Shown: one piece after another, positions 19,067-30,557 of the stretch
How positions within the stretch are numbered: position 1 is the first letter of the stretch
Layout: every line of letters begins with the position of its first letter
NCBI GenBank assembly: GCA_044229975.1
Contig: JBGARZ010000004.1
Location: forward strand, 64,001-128,000
Direction of reading: 5' to 3'
Length of the DNA: 64,000 nucleotides
DNA from: Polyangiales bacterium
Lineage (GTDB): Bacteria; Myxococcota_A; Polyangia; Polyangiales; Ga0077539
Notes under the pieces: model-generated
What the model was told of the DNA's origin: nothing
Database searches by the model: none
Seen by the model: the letters and a program-made list of their open reading frames with translations, nothing else
Translations under genes and position numbers: made by a program

Positions 19067-19247
19067 GGGGCTCCATCTACGGTGCGCGAGGTCGGATGAG
19101 AAGCCCCCCAGCGGTCTCGCGACCCACCGATGGGCATCAGGTTTGCGGCGTGGCCAGGCCGAAGAAATCTGGTTCGCTCGGCGAAGGGAGGGTAGCGTGC
19201 CGCGGCTCCGCGGGGTCCATGCCCGCATTCACCGAAGGAATCTCTCG

Positions 19248-19898
19248 ATGCGTACGAATCTCATCCTTGGAACAGCACTTCTTATGGCGGGTCTCACGGT
19301 CGGTTGCAGCGACGACGCGATCGTCGGTGCCGACTCGGGCACCGACTCGGGCACCACGGTCGACACCGGGTCGAACACCGACACGGGCACCGCGACCGAC
19401 CGCGGCACCGCGACGGACACGGGCACCGACGCGGGCACCGCGACGGACACGGGTTCGACCGTCCTCGACGTGGGCGTCACGCTCCCCGACGTGCAGATCG
19501 TCCCCACGGACTCGGGCACCACGACCGACGCGGGCACCGCGACCGACGCGGGCGCCGCGGTCACGACGATCCACGGCTGCACCGCGGCGATGTACATGGA
19601 CCGCTCGGGTTCCGGCGACACGCGAACCATCGCCTTCGGCGGCATCATCGGCACCGTCTACTCCCCCCGGTGCATGACCGTCGCGGCCGGGCAGACCGTG
19701 ACCTTCGCGGGTCCGTTCGGCAGCCACCCCCTGCGGGGCGGTTCCGTCTCTGGCGATCCCGCGGGCGCGTCGCCCAACCCGATCACCAGCACCGACACCG
19801 GAACGGACGTGACGGTCACCTTCGCCACGCCGGGGCTCTACCCCTACTTCTGCAACTTCCATCAGCCGGGCATGGCCGGCGTGATCCAGGTCCGCTGA
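19248..19898 (+). CDS. Cupredoxin (plastocyanin/azurin-like) lipoprotein
   Basis: Lipobox LTVGC, DTG/TD repeat linker, type-1 Cu ligands SHPL and YFCNFHQPGMAG (C-x2-H-x3-M). Confidence 0.88.
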   Translation: MRTNLILGTALLMAGLTVGCSDDAIVGADSGTDSGTTVDTGSNTDTGTATDRGTATDTGTDAGTATDTGSTVLDVGVTLPDVQIVPTDSGTTTDAGTATDAGAAVTTIHGCTAAMYMDRSGSGDTRTIAFGGIIGTVYSPRCMTVAAGQTVTFAGPFGSHPLRGGSVSGDPAGASPNPITSTDTGTDVTVTFATPGLYPYFCNFHQPGMAGVIQVR

Positions 19899-19932
19899 TT
19901 GCTCCTCCCGCCTCCGTCTCCTTCCCCTCCCA

Positions 19933-21387
19933 CTACAACGGCTGACACAGCGAGATCATCGTCCCGTCGAGGGATGATCCGAGCGGCCGACACGTCATCC
20001 CGGTCGGGCACAGCCGGTCGTTGCAGAAGCGCGTGCAGTACGCGGGTGACCCGGGCGCCGAGCTCGTGCCCTGGCAGAGCCCTGTGACGCAGTCTGCGCC
20101 CATCGAGCACGAGCCGCCGATAGGCACCAGGCCCACCACTGATCGGCGACACACCAGATAGATGTCTGACTCGTCGACCCACGGTCGGCAGACAAAACCC
20201 GCTGGGCAGCCGCTCGTCGGCGTGCACCCCTGCACGCAGACGTTGACCTCGCCATCGCAGACGCCGCTGCGGCAGATGGGCTCGGTCGGCGAGCCGCACG
20301 ACTCACCGATCTCGTTGCTCCCGAGGATGTCTCCCCCGGTCGCGAAGAGGGGCGGCACGCAGACCCGCTCGCTCCCGACCGTCTGGCAGCGGTACGGCGG
20401 CAGCGTGACGACCCCGATGCCCGTGGCGTTGATGGTCATGCGGCGCGGGCAGTCGGTGTCCGAGATGCATCGCGAGGTGCAGCCCTGGAAGCCGCCGGTC
20501 ATGCCGACGCAGACGTTGGTCACGCAGTCGAGGCCGCGCGCGCACCGCTGCTCGGCGGCCATGCACACGCGGTGGGTGGCGTCGGCGAGCTGGCACCCGT
20601 AGCCCGCGGGGCAGTCGGCCCCCGAGCGGCATTCGCGGGTGCAGTGCGCGACGGCCAGGTTCTCGGGGTTGCCCACGCAGAAGCGCGCGCAGGGCACCGC
20701 CGTCGCGACGGTGCAGGGCGTGCCGGTGTCGTCGGGCACGCAGCGCGCGGCCTCGCCCGCGGGAGGGCTGTTGCACACGAAGCCGTCGGCGCAGTCGGAG
20801 GTGGAGACACAGCGGCGGGTGCAGAAGCGCGCGCCGCCCGAGGTGGTGAGGCACTCGCCCGAGAGGCAGTCGGCGTTGCTGGTGCACGAGTCGAACACCC
20901 CGCGCGTCCCCATCGTCGACCCCGTGTCCACGGTCGGGAACCCGACGTCCATCACGGGAAACCCGACATCCGTTGGAGGAAACCCCACGTCCGTCGTCGG
21001 GAACCCGACGTCCGTCGTGGGGAAGCCCATGTCCATCGGTGTCACCGGAACGTCCCTCACCACTGGCACGTCGACCCCGGTGTCGACCGTCGGAAAGCCC
21101 GCGTCCTCGACGGTCTCTCCGGCGTCCTTCTTCTTCCCGGCGTCGGGCTCCACGCCCGCGTCTGGGATGCGCATGCAGCGTCCGCGGTCGACGTTGCACA
21201 TGAACCCGTCCTCGCAGTCCCGCTCTTCGACGCAGTCGTAGCGGCACTGGTGGTCGGCGCCGCAGTACGTCCCGAGGTTGCACTGGGAGTTGAGCTCGCA
21301 CGCGCCCTCCGCGCAGCCCGACGCGAGCATCGACAACCCCGCCAGCGCCAACCACCCGAAGCCCGCTCCGCTCAACCGTGAACCCAT
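19933..21387 (-). CDS. Cysteine-rich lipoprotein (myxobacterial disulfide-repeat type)
   Basis: Lipobox LASGC; repeated CTxxC...DCPxGxxC units. The real start is ATG 21387; the longer ORF in the track is an upstream extension. Confidence 0.8.
   Translation of the reverse strand: MGSRLSGAGFGWLALAGLSMLASGCAEGACELNSQCNLGTYCGADHQCRYDCVEERDCEDGFMCNVDRGRCMRIPDAGVEPDAGKKKDAGETVEDAGFPTVDTGVDVPVVRDVPVTPMDMGFPTTDVGFPTTDVGFPPTDVGFPVMDVGFPTVDTGSTMGTRGVFDSCTSNADCLSGECLTTSGGARFCTRRCVSTSDCADGFVCNSPPAGEAARCVPDDTGTPCTVATAVPCARFCVGNPENLAVAHCTRECRSGADCPAGYGCQLADATHRVCMAAEQRCARGLDCVTNVCVGMTGGFQGCTSRCISDTDCPRRMTINATGIGVVTLPPYRCQTVGSERVCVPPLFATGGDILGSNEIGESCGSPTEPICRSGVCDGEVNVCVQGCTPTSGCPAGFVCRPWVDESDIYLVCRRSVVGLVPIGGSCSMGADCVTGLCQGTSSAPGSPAYCTRFCNDRLCPTGMTCRPLGSSLDGTMISLCQPL
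20929..21034 (-). repeat. 21-bp coding tandem repeat x5 (D[V/M]GFPxx)
   Basis: Translates as DMGFPTT-DVGFPTT-DVGFPPT-DVGFPVM-DVGFPTV. Confidence 0.8.
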
Positions 21388-21453
21388 CGCCGCGGAATGT
21401 AGACCGCGTTCGGGGTCGCAAGCGATGGGTCGTCGATGGTACGGTGCCCGACG

Positions 21454-22521
21454 ATGGAGCGACGTCGGGCCTGCGGCTTCTACGGGTCGATCGTGGCGCT
21501 GACATCGGTCATCGGGTGCGCGCACGGTCCGTCCAACCCGCGACCACCACCAACCGCCGAGGTCGCCATCGCGCACACCGTCATCGACGCAGGCGCGCCG
21601 GCTCCCATCGCTCCAGTGGCGGTCGTCGATGCGGGAGCCACGGAGGTCGTCGACGCGCCGAGCGCCGTGAGCGCGGCGCCGACGGATGGTGTGCGGCGCT
21701 TCCGCGGACAGGAGGAAGACGCGCTGTTGCAGGCGATGGCGACGCGGCCGGTGCTGCGGGTGATGCATCGCTTCAGCAGCACGACGCTGGTGTTCCACTG
21801 CGACCTGGGCGACGGGCTGGAGATCGCGTTCAAGCCGGCGCGTCGGGGTGAGCACCAGTGGTGGAAGCACGAGGTGCTCGCGTACCGGCTGGCGCGGGTG
21901 CTGGGCATCAGCGATCGGGTCCCGCCTGCGGTGAGCCGGCGGGTTCCGGTGTCGGCGCTGCGTGGGTTTCTCAACCACGCCGACCTCATCCGCGAGCCCG
22001 ACGGGACGGTGCGCGGCGTGGCCATCGTGTGGATGCCCGTGCTGCACCACTCGGGGCTGCACGAGGCCGCCGCGCGCGACGAGTGGACCCGCTGGATGTT
22101 CGCCCGCCACGACATTCCACCGGCCAGTCGACGGCGCGCGTCGCAGATCTCGGCGCTCATCGCCTACGACTACCTCCAGGCCAACTTCGACCGGTGGAAC
22201 TCCGCCAACGTCGCCCTCGACGAGCACGACGACATCGTCTTCCGCGACAACAACCGCGGCTGGTTTCTGGAGAACCTGGTGCAGATCGAGCGGGGTGGTC
22301 TCAACAACATCGAGCGCATCCCGGCGTGGCTGCTGCCGGGCATCGAGCGGGCGACGGCCGACGCGGTGCGGGCGGAGGTGCGCCGCGACGGATTGCCCTT
22401 CGCGCGGCTGGAGCGGTCGGATTACTGGGCGGCGTATTCGGCGCGGCGCGAGGCGCTGCTGACGCGCATCCGCGGGGCCATCGCGCAGTACGGTCGCGAG
22501 CGGGTGCTGTTGGACGAGTGA
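21454..22521 (+). CDS. Lipoprotein with an atypical kinase-like domain (Fam20/Four-jointed-like)
   Basis: Lipobox-like SVIGC; AFKP (Lys), HEVLAYRLARVLG (Glu), VPPAV, DYLQANFDR (catalytic loop), IVFRDNN (metal-binding). Confidence 0.7.
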   Translation: MERRRACGFYGSIVALTSVIGCAHGPSNPRPPPTAEVAIAHTVIDAGAPAPIAPVAVVDAGATEVVDAPSAVSAAPTDGVRRFRGQEEDALLQAMATRPVLRVMHRFSSTTLVFHCDLGDGLEIAFKPARRGEHQWWKHEVLAYRLARVLGISDRVPPAVSRRVPVSALRGFLNHADLIREPDGTVRGVAIVWMPVLHHSGLHEAAARDEWTRWMFARHDIPPASRRRASQISALIAYDYLQANFDRWNSANVALDEHDDIVFRDNNRGWFLENLVQIERGGLNNIERIPAWLLPGIERATADAVRAEVRRDGLPFARLERSDYWAAYSARREALLTRIRGAIAQYGRERVLLDE

Positions 22522-22553
22522 CGGGGCGCTCGCCAGTGCCGTCGGCCGGGGTT

Positions 22554-22813
22554 CGCGTGCGCTGCTGGCCGGAGTTCGCGTGACCCCATCGCGAGGGCGT
22601 GCAGTCGCTCACTCCGGGCTATTTCAAGTCGTCACCCTCGCTCCGCGAGGGTTGCAGGGAGAGTATCTCGCCGACTCGATGGGCAATGGATTGCTCGATG
22701 AGTACAGTGCCGCAACCCTCGCGGAGCGAGGGTGACGACTTGAAATAGCCCGGAGTGAGCGACTGCACGCCCTCGCGATGGGGTCACGCGAACTCCGGCC
22801 AGCAGCGCACGCG
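22554..22813. repeat. Long palindromic element, family A copy 1
   Basis: Perfect 102-bp inverted arms 22554-22655 and 22712-22813 around a 56-bp centre. Confidence 0.95.
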
Positions 22814-22879
22814 CCCCTGCGGCCTCTGCGCCGTCGCGCACTTCCGCCGACCTCGCGGTTGGGCTATGTGCCCCGCGCC

Positions 22880-24478
<1,599 letters not shown>

Positions 24479-24600
24479 CCGTCGCGCCCCACTGCCCAGG
24501 CGGCCACCGTAGGCCCGTGTAGGCATCACCTCCCCGCTCGAAACCACTGCCGCTCCCGCTTCGGCTGCGCGTATCGTCCCTCTCGAAGGGACCGTACTCC

Positions 24601-27600
24601 ATGCGCTCAACGAGGGCCTCGTTTCTATTGTGGGCCGCTGCTCTCGCAGCGCTGGTCGGCTGTGACGGACTGAGCGTCGTAGGAGCACCGCCGTCCCACG
24701 ACGCCGCGACCTCCGACGTGGTGTCCACCCTCGACGCCACCGCCGACGGCGGCGTGAGCTGTCCGCAGCCGCTCATCGCGTGCAGTGGGCGCTGCAGCAA
24801 CCCGCAGCTCGACCGCGAAAACTGCGGCGGCTGCGGGCTCACCTGCGCCACCGGTGAGGTCTGTCAAAACGCCGCGTGCGTGCCCGACTGCACCGCCGGT
24901 GAGCGGCTCTGCGCGGGCGGCGGCGGCGACGCCGGGACGGCCCTGCGCTGCACCTCGCTCCAGACCGATCGCATGAACTGCGGCACCTGCAACACCGTGT
25001 GCGGCACCGACCAGGTCTGCGCGGGCGGCATGTGCACGTTCATGTGCACGGGCGTCACCACCGAGTGCATGGGCGTCACGAGCATGGACGGCGGCGCGAC
25101 CCGCTACTGCGCCAACCTCGCGAACGACCGCGCCAACTGCGGCGCCTGCGGCAACACCTGCCAGGAGGGCTACGTCTGCCGGGAGGGCGCCTGCCACATC
25201 CGCTGCGCCTCGGAGCTGCTCACCGGCTGCGCCACCACGGGCGCGCCCGACGCGGGCCCCGGCGGCGGCAACGAGGTCTGCGCCGACACCACCAACGACC
25301 TCCGCCACTGCGGGGCCTGCGGCAACGCGTGCCCGTTCGGGCAGTTCTGCGTGCGGGGCGTCTGCGGGACGACCTGCGGCGCGGGCTTCACCGACTGCAT
25401 GGGCGTCTGCCGCGACCTCACCTCCGACCGCGCGGCCTGCGGCGCGTGCGGCAACGCCTGCGGCTCGGGCGAGGTGTGCACCGCCGGGGCGTGCACCGTG
25501 TCGTGCGGCGCGGGGCTCGTGGCCTGCGACGGCGTGTGCCGCGACACCCAGAGCGACAACGTCAACTGCGGCGCGTGCGGCACCCGCTGCGCGCCCGGCC
25601 AGGTGTGCTCGCGCGGCATGTGCCAGGTGAGCTGCGGCGCGGGCCTGAGCGAGTGCTCGGGCGTCTGCCGCGACCTCACCGCCGACCTCGCCCATTGCGG
25701 AACCTGCACCACCGCGTGCTCGTCCGGCCAGGTGTGCTCGTCGGGCGCGTGCCGCGTGTCGTGCGCCGCGGGCACCAACAACTGCGACGGCGTGTGCCGT
25801 GACCTCCAGACCGACAACGGCAACTGCGGCGCGTGCGGCACCACCTGCCCGTCGGGCACCGTGTGCTCGTCGGGCGCGTGTCAGGTGTCGTGCATCGCGG
25901 GCACCACCGACTGCGGCGGCGTGTGCCGCGATCTCCAGACCGACAACAACCACTGCGCGGCCTGCGGCGTGGCGTGCCCGTCCGGTCAGGTGTGCTCGCG
26001 CGGCGCCTGCGTGGTGTCATGCGGCTCGGGGCTCTCCAACTGCGCGGGCACCTGCCGCGACCTCGCCACGGACAACAACAACTGCGGCGGCTGCGCGACG
26101 GTGTGCCCGGCGGGCCAGCTCTGCTCCGCGGGCATGTGCCGCGTGTCGTGCGGCGCGGGCAACACCGAGTGCTCGGGCGTGTGCCGCGACCTCGGCAGCG
26201 ACAACAACAACTGCGGCACCTGCGGCAACGCGTGCCCGTCGGGGACGGTGTGCTCGCGCGGGACGTGCAACGTGTCGTGCGGCGCGGGGCTCTCCAACTG
26301 CGACGGCGTGTGCCGCGACCTTCGCACCGACCTCAACCACTGCGGCGGCTGCGGGACGGTGTGCGCCGGCGGCCAGGTGTGCTCGGCGGGCGTGTGCACC
26401 GTGTCGTGCGGCAGCGGGCTCACGAGCTGCTCGGGCGTGTGCCGCGACCTCACGGACGACCGCCAGAACTGCGGGGCGTGCGGCGTGGCGTGCGGCGCGG
26501 GCCAGATCTGCACGTCGGGCGTGTGCACCGTGTCGTGCCCCGCGGGCCAGGTGAACTGCTCGGGGACGTGCCGCGAGCTCGACACCGACCGCCTCAACTG
26601 CGGCGCGTGCGGGGTGGTCTGCGCGTCGGGCCAGGTGTGCTCGCGCGGGTCGTGCGCCGTGTCGTGCGCGGCGGGCACCACGAGCTGCTCGGGCGTGTGC
26701 CGCGACCTCCAGACCGACAACAACAATTGCGGCGTGTGCGGCATCGGCTGCGCCGCGGGCCGCATCTGCTCGGCGGGCGTGTGCACCGTGTCGTGCGGCG
26801 CCGGGACGACCAACTGCTCGGGCGTGTGCCGCGACCTCCAGACCGACAACGCCCACTGCGGCGCGTGCGGCCGCGGGTGCGCGTCGGGCCAGCTCTGCTC
26901 GCGCGGGGTCTGCCAGGTGTCGTGCGGCGCTGGCACCACCGACTGCTCGGGCGTGTGCCGCGACCTCACCACCGACCCCAACAACTGCGGCGCCTGCGGC
27001 ACGACGTGCCTGCCGGGGACGGTGTGCTCGTCGGGGACGTGCACGGTGTCGTGCGGCGCGGGGCTCACCAACTGCTCGGGCGTGTGCCGCGACCGCGGCA
27101 GCGACAACAACAACTGCGGAACCTGCGGCAACGTGTGCCCGGCGGGCTCGGTGTGCTCGGGCGGGGCGTGCGCCGTGACCTGCGTGGCGGGCACCACGAG
27201 CTGCTCGGGCGTGTGCCGCGACCTCACCACCGACCTCAACAACTGCGGAACCTGCGGGCGCGCCTGCGCCGCCGGTCAGGTGTGCTCGGCCGGGGCGTGC
27301 ACGGTGTCGTGCGGCGCCGGGACGGCCAACTGCTCGGGCGTGTGCCGCGAGCTCAGCACCGACCGCCTCAACTGCGGCGCGTGCGGCAACGCCTGCGGGT
27401 CGGGTCGCATCTGCGTGAGCGGCGTGTGTACGGTGTCGTGTCCGGCTGGTCAGGTGGACTGCTCGGGGACGTGCCGCGAGCTCGACACCGACCGCAGCAA
27501 CTGCGGCGCGTGCGGCATCACGTGCTCGGCGGGCCAGGTGTGCTCGCGCGGGACGTGCACCGTGTCGTGCGCGGGCGGAACGGTCGACTGCTCGGGCGTC

Positions 27601-30375
27601 TGCCGCGACCTCGGCAGCGACCTCAACCACTGCGGGGCGTGCGGTCGGGCGTGCGCGGCGGGCCAGGTGTGCTCGGCGGGCGTGTGCACGGTGTCGTGCG
27701 GCGCGGGCACGACCAACTGCTCGGGCGTGTGCCGCGACCTCGGCAGCGACACCAACCACTGCGGCGCGTGCGGCCGCGGGTGCGCCTCCGGGCAGGTGTG
27801 CTCGGCGGGGGTGTGCACGGTGTCGTGCGGCAGCGGGACGAGCAACTGCTCGGGCGTGTGTCGCGACCTCCAGACCGACCTGGCCAACTGCGGCGCGTGC
27901 GGCCGCGGGTGCGCCGCGGGTCAGGTGTGCTCGGCCGGGACCTGCGCCGTGTCGTGCGGCGCCGGGACGAGCAACTGCTCGGGCGTGTGTCGTGACCTCC
28001 AGACCGACAACAACAACTGCGGGGCGTGCGCGCGGACGTGCGCGTCGGGTCAGACCTGCTCGGCGGGCGTGTGCGTGGTGTCGTGCGCGGCGGGGCAGAC
28101 CAACTGCTCGGGTTCGTGCCGCGACACCCAGACGGACAACAACCACTGCGGCGGCTGCGGTCGGGTCTGCGCCGCGGGCACGGTGTGCGCCGCCGGGGCG
28201 TGCACGGTGTCGTGCGGCGCGGGGGCGACCAACTGCTCGGGCGTGTGTCGCACCCTCGCGACGGACAACAACCACTGCGGCGCGTGCGGCACCGTCTGCC
28301 CGGCGGGGCAGGTGTGCTCGGCGAGCGCGTGCGCGGTGTCGTGCGGGAGCGGGACGACCAACTGCTCGGGCTCGTGCCGCAACCTCCAGACGGACAACAC
28401 CAACTGCGGGATGTGCGGTCGCATCTGCGGGGCGGGCACGGCCTGCACCGCGGGGACGTGCACCGTCACCTGCGCGACGGGGCAGACCAACTGCTCGGGC
28501 GTGTGCCGCAACCTCCAGACGGACAACACCAACTGCGGCGGGTGCGGGACGATCTGCCCGTCGGGGCAGGTGTGCTCGGCGGGGACGTGTTCGGTGTCGT
28601 GCGGGAGCGGGACGACCAACTGCTCGGGGACGTGCCGCAACCTCCTCACGGACAACGCCAACTGCGGCGCCTGCGGAACGGTCTGCGCGGCGGGCACGGC
28701 GTGCACCGCGGGCGTGTGCACGGTGACCTGCGTGACGGGCACCACCAACTGCTCGGGCTCGTGCCGCAACCTCCTCACGGACAACAGCCACTGCGGCGGC
28801 TGCGGCGTGGTGTGCGCGGCGGGGACGGCCTGCTCGGCGGGCGTGTGCACGGTGACCTGCGCGGCGGGGCAGACCAACTGCTCGGGCGTGTGCCGCGACC
28901 TCGCGACCAACAACAACCACTGCGGCGCGTGCGGGCGGGTCTGCCCGTCGGGCCAGGTGTGCTCGGCCGGGATGTGCACCGTCACCTGCGTGGGTGGCAC
29001 CACCAACTGCTCGGGCGTGTGCCGCACGCTCTCGACGGACAACACCAACTGCGGCGCCTGCGGGACGGTGTGTCCGTCGGGCCAGGTGTGCTCGGCGGGC
29101 GCGTGCGGCGTGTCGTGCAGCGCGGGGCAGACCTTCTGTGGGGGCGTCTGCCGCGACCTGACGAGCGACAACCTCAACTGCGGGATGTGCTCGCGGGTCT
29201 GCGCCGCGGGCACGGTCTGCTCGGCGGGCACGTGCACCGTGTCGTGCGCGTCGGGCACCACCAACTGCTCGGGCGTGTGCCGCGACCTCACCAACGACAA
29301 CAACAACTGCGGCGCCTGCGGGACGGTCTGCGCCGCAGGCCGCGTCTGCTCGGGGAGCGCGTGCGTGGTGTCGTGCAGCGCGGGGACGACCAACTGCTCG
29401 GGGGTGTGCCGCTCGCTCACCAACGACAACAACAACTGCGGCTCGTGCGGCAACGTCTGCGCGGCGGGCCGCATCTGCTCGGGCAGCGCGTGCGTGGTGT
29501 CGTGCGGCGCGGGGCTCACCAACTGCTCGGGCGTGTGCCGTGACCTCACCACGGACAACAACAACTGCTCGGCGTGCGGGACGGTCTGCGCGGCGGGTCA
29601 GATCTGCTCGGGCAGCGCGTGCAACGTCACCTGCGGCGCGGGCACCACCAACTGCTCGGGCGTGTGCCGATCGCTCACCAGCGACAACGCCAACTGCGGC
29701 GCGTGCGGCAACGTCTGCCCGTCGGGCACCTCGTGCTCGGGCAGCGCGTGCGTGACGTCGTGCGCGGCGGGGCTGAGCAACTGCTCGGGGGTGTGCCGCG
29801 ACCTGAGCAACGACAACACCAACTGCGGGGTGTGCGCGCGGGTCTGCCCGTCGGGGCAGCTCTGCTCGGGCGGGACCTGCGGGGTGTCGTGCGCGGGCGG
29901 CACCACCAACTGCTCGGGCGTGTGCCGCGACCTCCAGAACGACAACACGCACTGCGGCGCGTGCGGCACCACCTGCGCGACGGGCACGGCCTGCGCGGCG
30001 GGCACCTGCGTGGGCCAGGGGACGCTGCGGTTCACGCTGACCTGGAGCGTGCCGGGGGACATGGACCTGCACGTGCTGCCGCCCTGCGGGACGGAGATCT
30101 TCTACAACCGTCTCACGGCCTGCGGCGGCACCCTGGACGTCGACAACACCACCACCCAGGGGCCGGAGAACATCTTCTGGCCGTCGACCTTCACGCCGGG
30201 CCGCTACTACATCTGCCCCGAGGCGTTTACGAGCGCGGTCGCCAACGCCACCTGGACCCTCGTGGTGGTGCGCGGCGGCGTGGAGGTGTCCCGCCTCACC
30301 GGCACCCGCGGTCGCACCGACGGCAACACGGCGTGCAACGCGTCGTTTCCGGGCGTGATCGCGCTCGACCTGTAA
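24601..30375 (+). CDS. Giant MXAN_6577-like (Stig1-like) Cys-rich repeat lipoprotein with a C-terminal YfaP/DUF2135-like domain
   Basis: Lipobox LVGC; about 40 units of ~43 aa (CRDLxTDxxNCGxCGxxCxxGxxCSxGxCxVSCxAGxTxCSGV); C-terminal LRFTLTW..DMDLHV..GTLDVD..GPENIFW. Confidence 0.9.
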   Translation: MRSTRASFLLWAAALAALVGCDGLSVVGAPPSHDAATSDVVSTLDATADGGVSCPQPLIACSGRCSNPQLDRENCGGCGLTCATGEVCQNAACVPDCTAGERLCAGGGGDAGTALRCTSLQTDRMNCGTCNTVCGTDQVCAGGMCTFMCTGVTTECMGVTSMDGGATRYCANLANDRANCGACGNTCQEGYVCREGACHIRCASELLTGCATTGAPDAGPGGGNEVCADTTNDLRHCGACGNACPFGQFCVRGVCGTTCGAGFTDCMGVCRDLTSDRAACGACGNACGSGEVCTAGACTVSCGAGLVACDGVCRDTQSDNVNCGACGTRCAPGQVCSRGMCQVSCGAGLSECSGVCRDLTADLAHCGTCTTACSSGQVCSSGACRVSCAAGTNNCDGVCRDLQTDNGNCGACGTTCPSGTVCSSGACQVSCIAGTTDCGGVCRDLQTDNNHCAACGVACPSGQVCSRGACVVSCGSGLSNCAGTCRDLATDNNNCGGCATVCPAGQLCSAGMCRVSCGAGNTECSGVCRDLGSDNNNCGTCGNACPSGTVCSRGTCNVSCGAGLSNCDGVCRDLRTDLNHCGGCGTVCAGGQVCSAGVCTVSCGSGLTSCSGVCRDLTDDRQNCGACGVACGAGQICTSGVCTVSCPAGQVNCSGTCRELDTDRLNCGACGVVCASGQVCSRGSCAVSCAAGTTSCSGVCRDLQTDNNNCGVCGIGCAAGRICSAGVCTVSCGAGTTNCSGVCRDLQTDNAHCGACGRGCASGQLCSRGVCQVSCGAGTTDCSGVCRDLTTDPNNCGACGTTCLPGTVCSSGTCTVSCGAGLTNCSGVCRDRGSDNNNCGTCGNVCPAGSVCSGGACAVTCVAGTTSCSGVCRDLTTDLNNCGTCGRACAAGQVCSAGACTVSCGAGTANCSGVCRELSTDRLNCGACGNACGSGRICVSGVCTVSCPAGQVDCSGTCRELDTDRSNCGACGITCSAGQVCSRGTCTVSCAGGTVDCSGVCRDLGSDLNHCGACGRACAAGQVCSAGVCTVSCGAGTTNCSGVCRDLGSDTNHCGACGRGCASGQVCSAGVCTVSCGSGTSNCSGVCRDLQTDLANCGACGRGCAAGQVCSAGTCAVSCGAGTSNCSGVCRDLQTDNNNCGACARTCASGQTCSAGVCVVSCAAGQTNCSGSCRDTQTDNNHCGGCGRVCAAGTVCAAGACTVSCGAGATNCSGVCRTLATDNNHCGACGTVCPAGQVCSASACAVSCGSGTTNCSGSCRNLQTDNTNCGMCGRICGAGTACTAGTCTVTCATGQTNCSGVCRNLQTDNTNCGGCGTICPSGQVCSAGTCSVSCGSGTTNCSGTCRNLLTDNANCGACGTVCAAGTACTAGVCTVTCVTGTTNCSGSCRNLLTDNSHCGGCGVVCAAGTACSAGVCTVTCAAGQTNCSGVCRDLATNNNHCGACGRVCPSGQVCSAGMCTVTCVGGTTNCSGVCRTLSTDNTNCGACGTVCPSGQVCSAGACGVSCSAGQTFCGGVCRDLTSDNLNCGMCSRVCAAGTVCSAGTCTVSCASGTTNCSGVCRDLTNDNNNCGACGTVCAAGRVCSGSACVVSCSAGTTNCSGVCRSLTNDNNNCGSCGNVCAAGRICSGSACVVSCGAGLTNCSGVCRDLTTDNNNCSACGTVCAAGQICSGSACNVTCGAGTTNCSGVCRSLTSDNANCGACGNVCPSGTSCSGSACVTSCAAGLSNCSGVCRDLSNDNTNCGVCARVCPSGQLCSGGTCGVSCAGGTTNCSGVCRDLQNDNTHCGACGTTCATGTACAAGTCVGQGTLRFTLTWSVPGDMDLHVLPPCGTEIFYNRLTACGGTLDVDNTTTQGPENIFWPSTFTPGRYYICPEAFTSAVANATWTLVVVRGGVEVSRLTGTRGRTDGNTACNASFPGVIALDL

Positions 30376-30557
30376 ACCCGGCTCTTCCCCGCCGGACGGA
30401 TGTCCTGGCGCTCCTATCGACCGACTCGATTTGTGAGTGACGACCCGCCGGGCGGTTGGGTTATCGTCGCCAGCCCCGCAATCCTCCCGTTTGATCATCG
30501 TCGCGGCGCTTCGGGGAAGGAGAGCCGCGACGCCCGCCTGCAAGGACCTGACGCCCG

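Noticed and set aside
22554..22813. TTGAAA-containing repeats as a CRISPR or mini-array
   Set aside because: The repeats are inverted and ~100 bp long rather than direct, and no cas genes are in the window.
25833..30543. Repetitive alternative-frame ORFs over the Cys-rich gene, and the 129-bp periodicity as a possible CRISPR array
   Set aside because: The repeats are in-frame coding units that vary at synonymous sites; there is no constant repeat with unique spacers.
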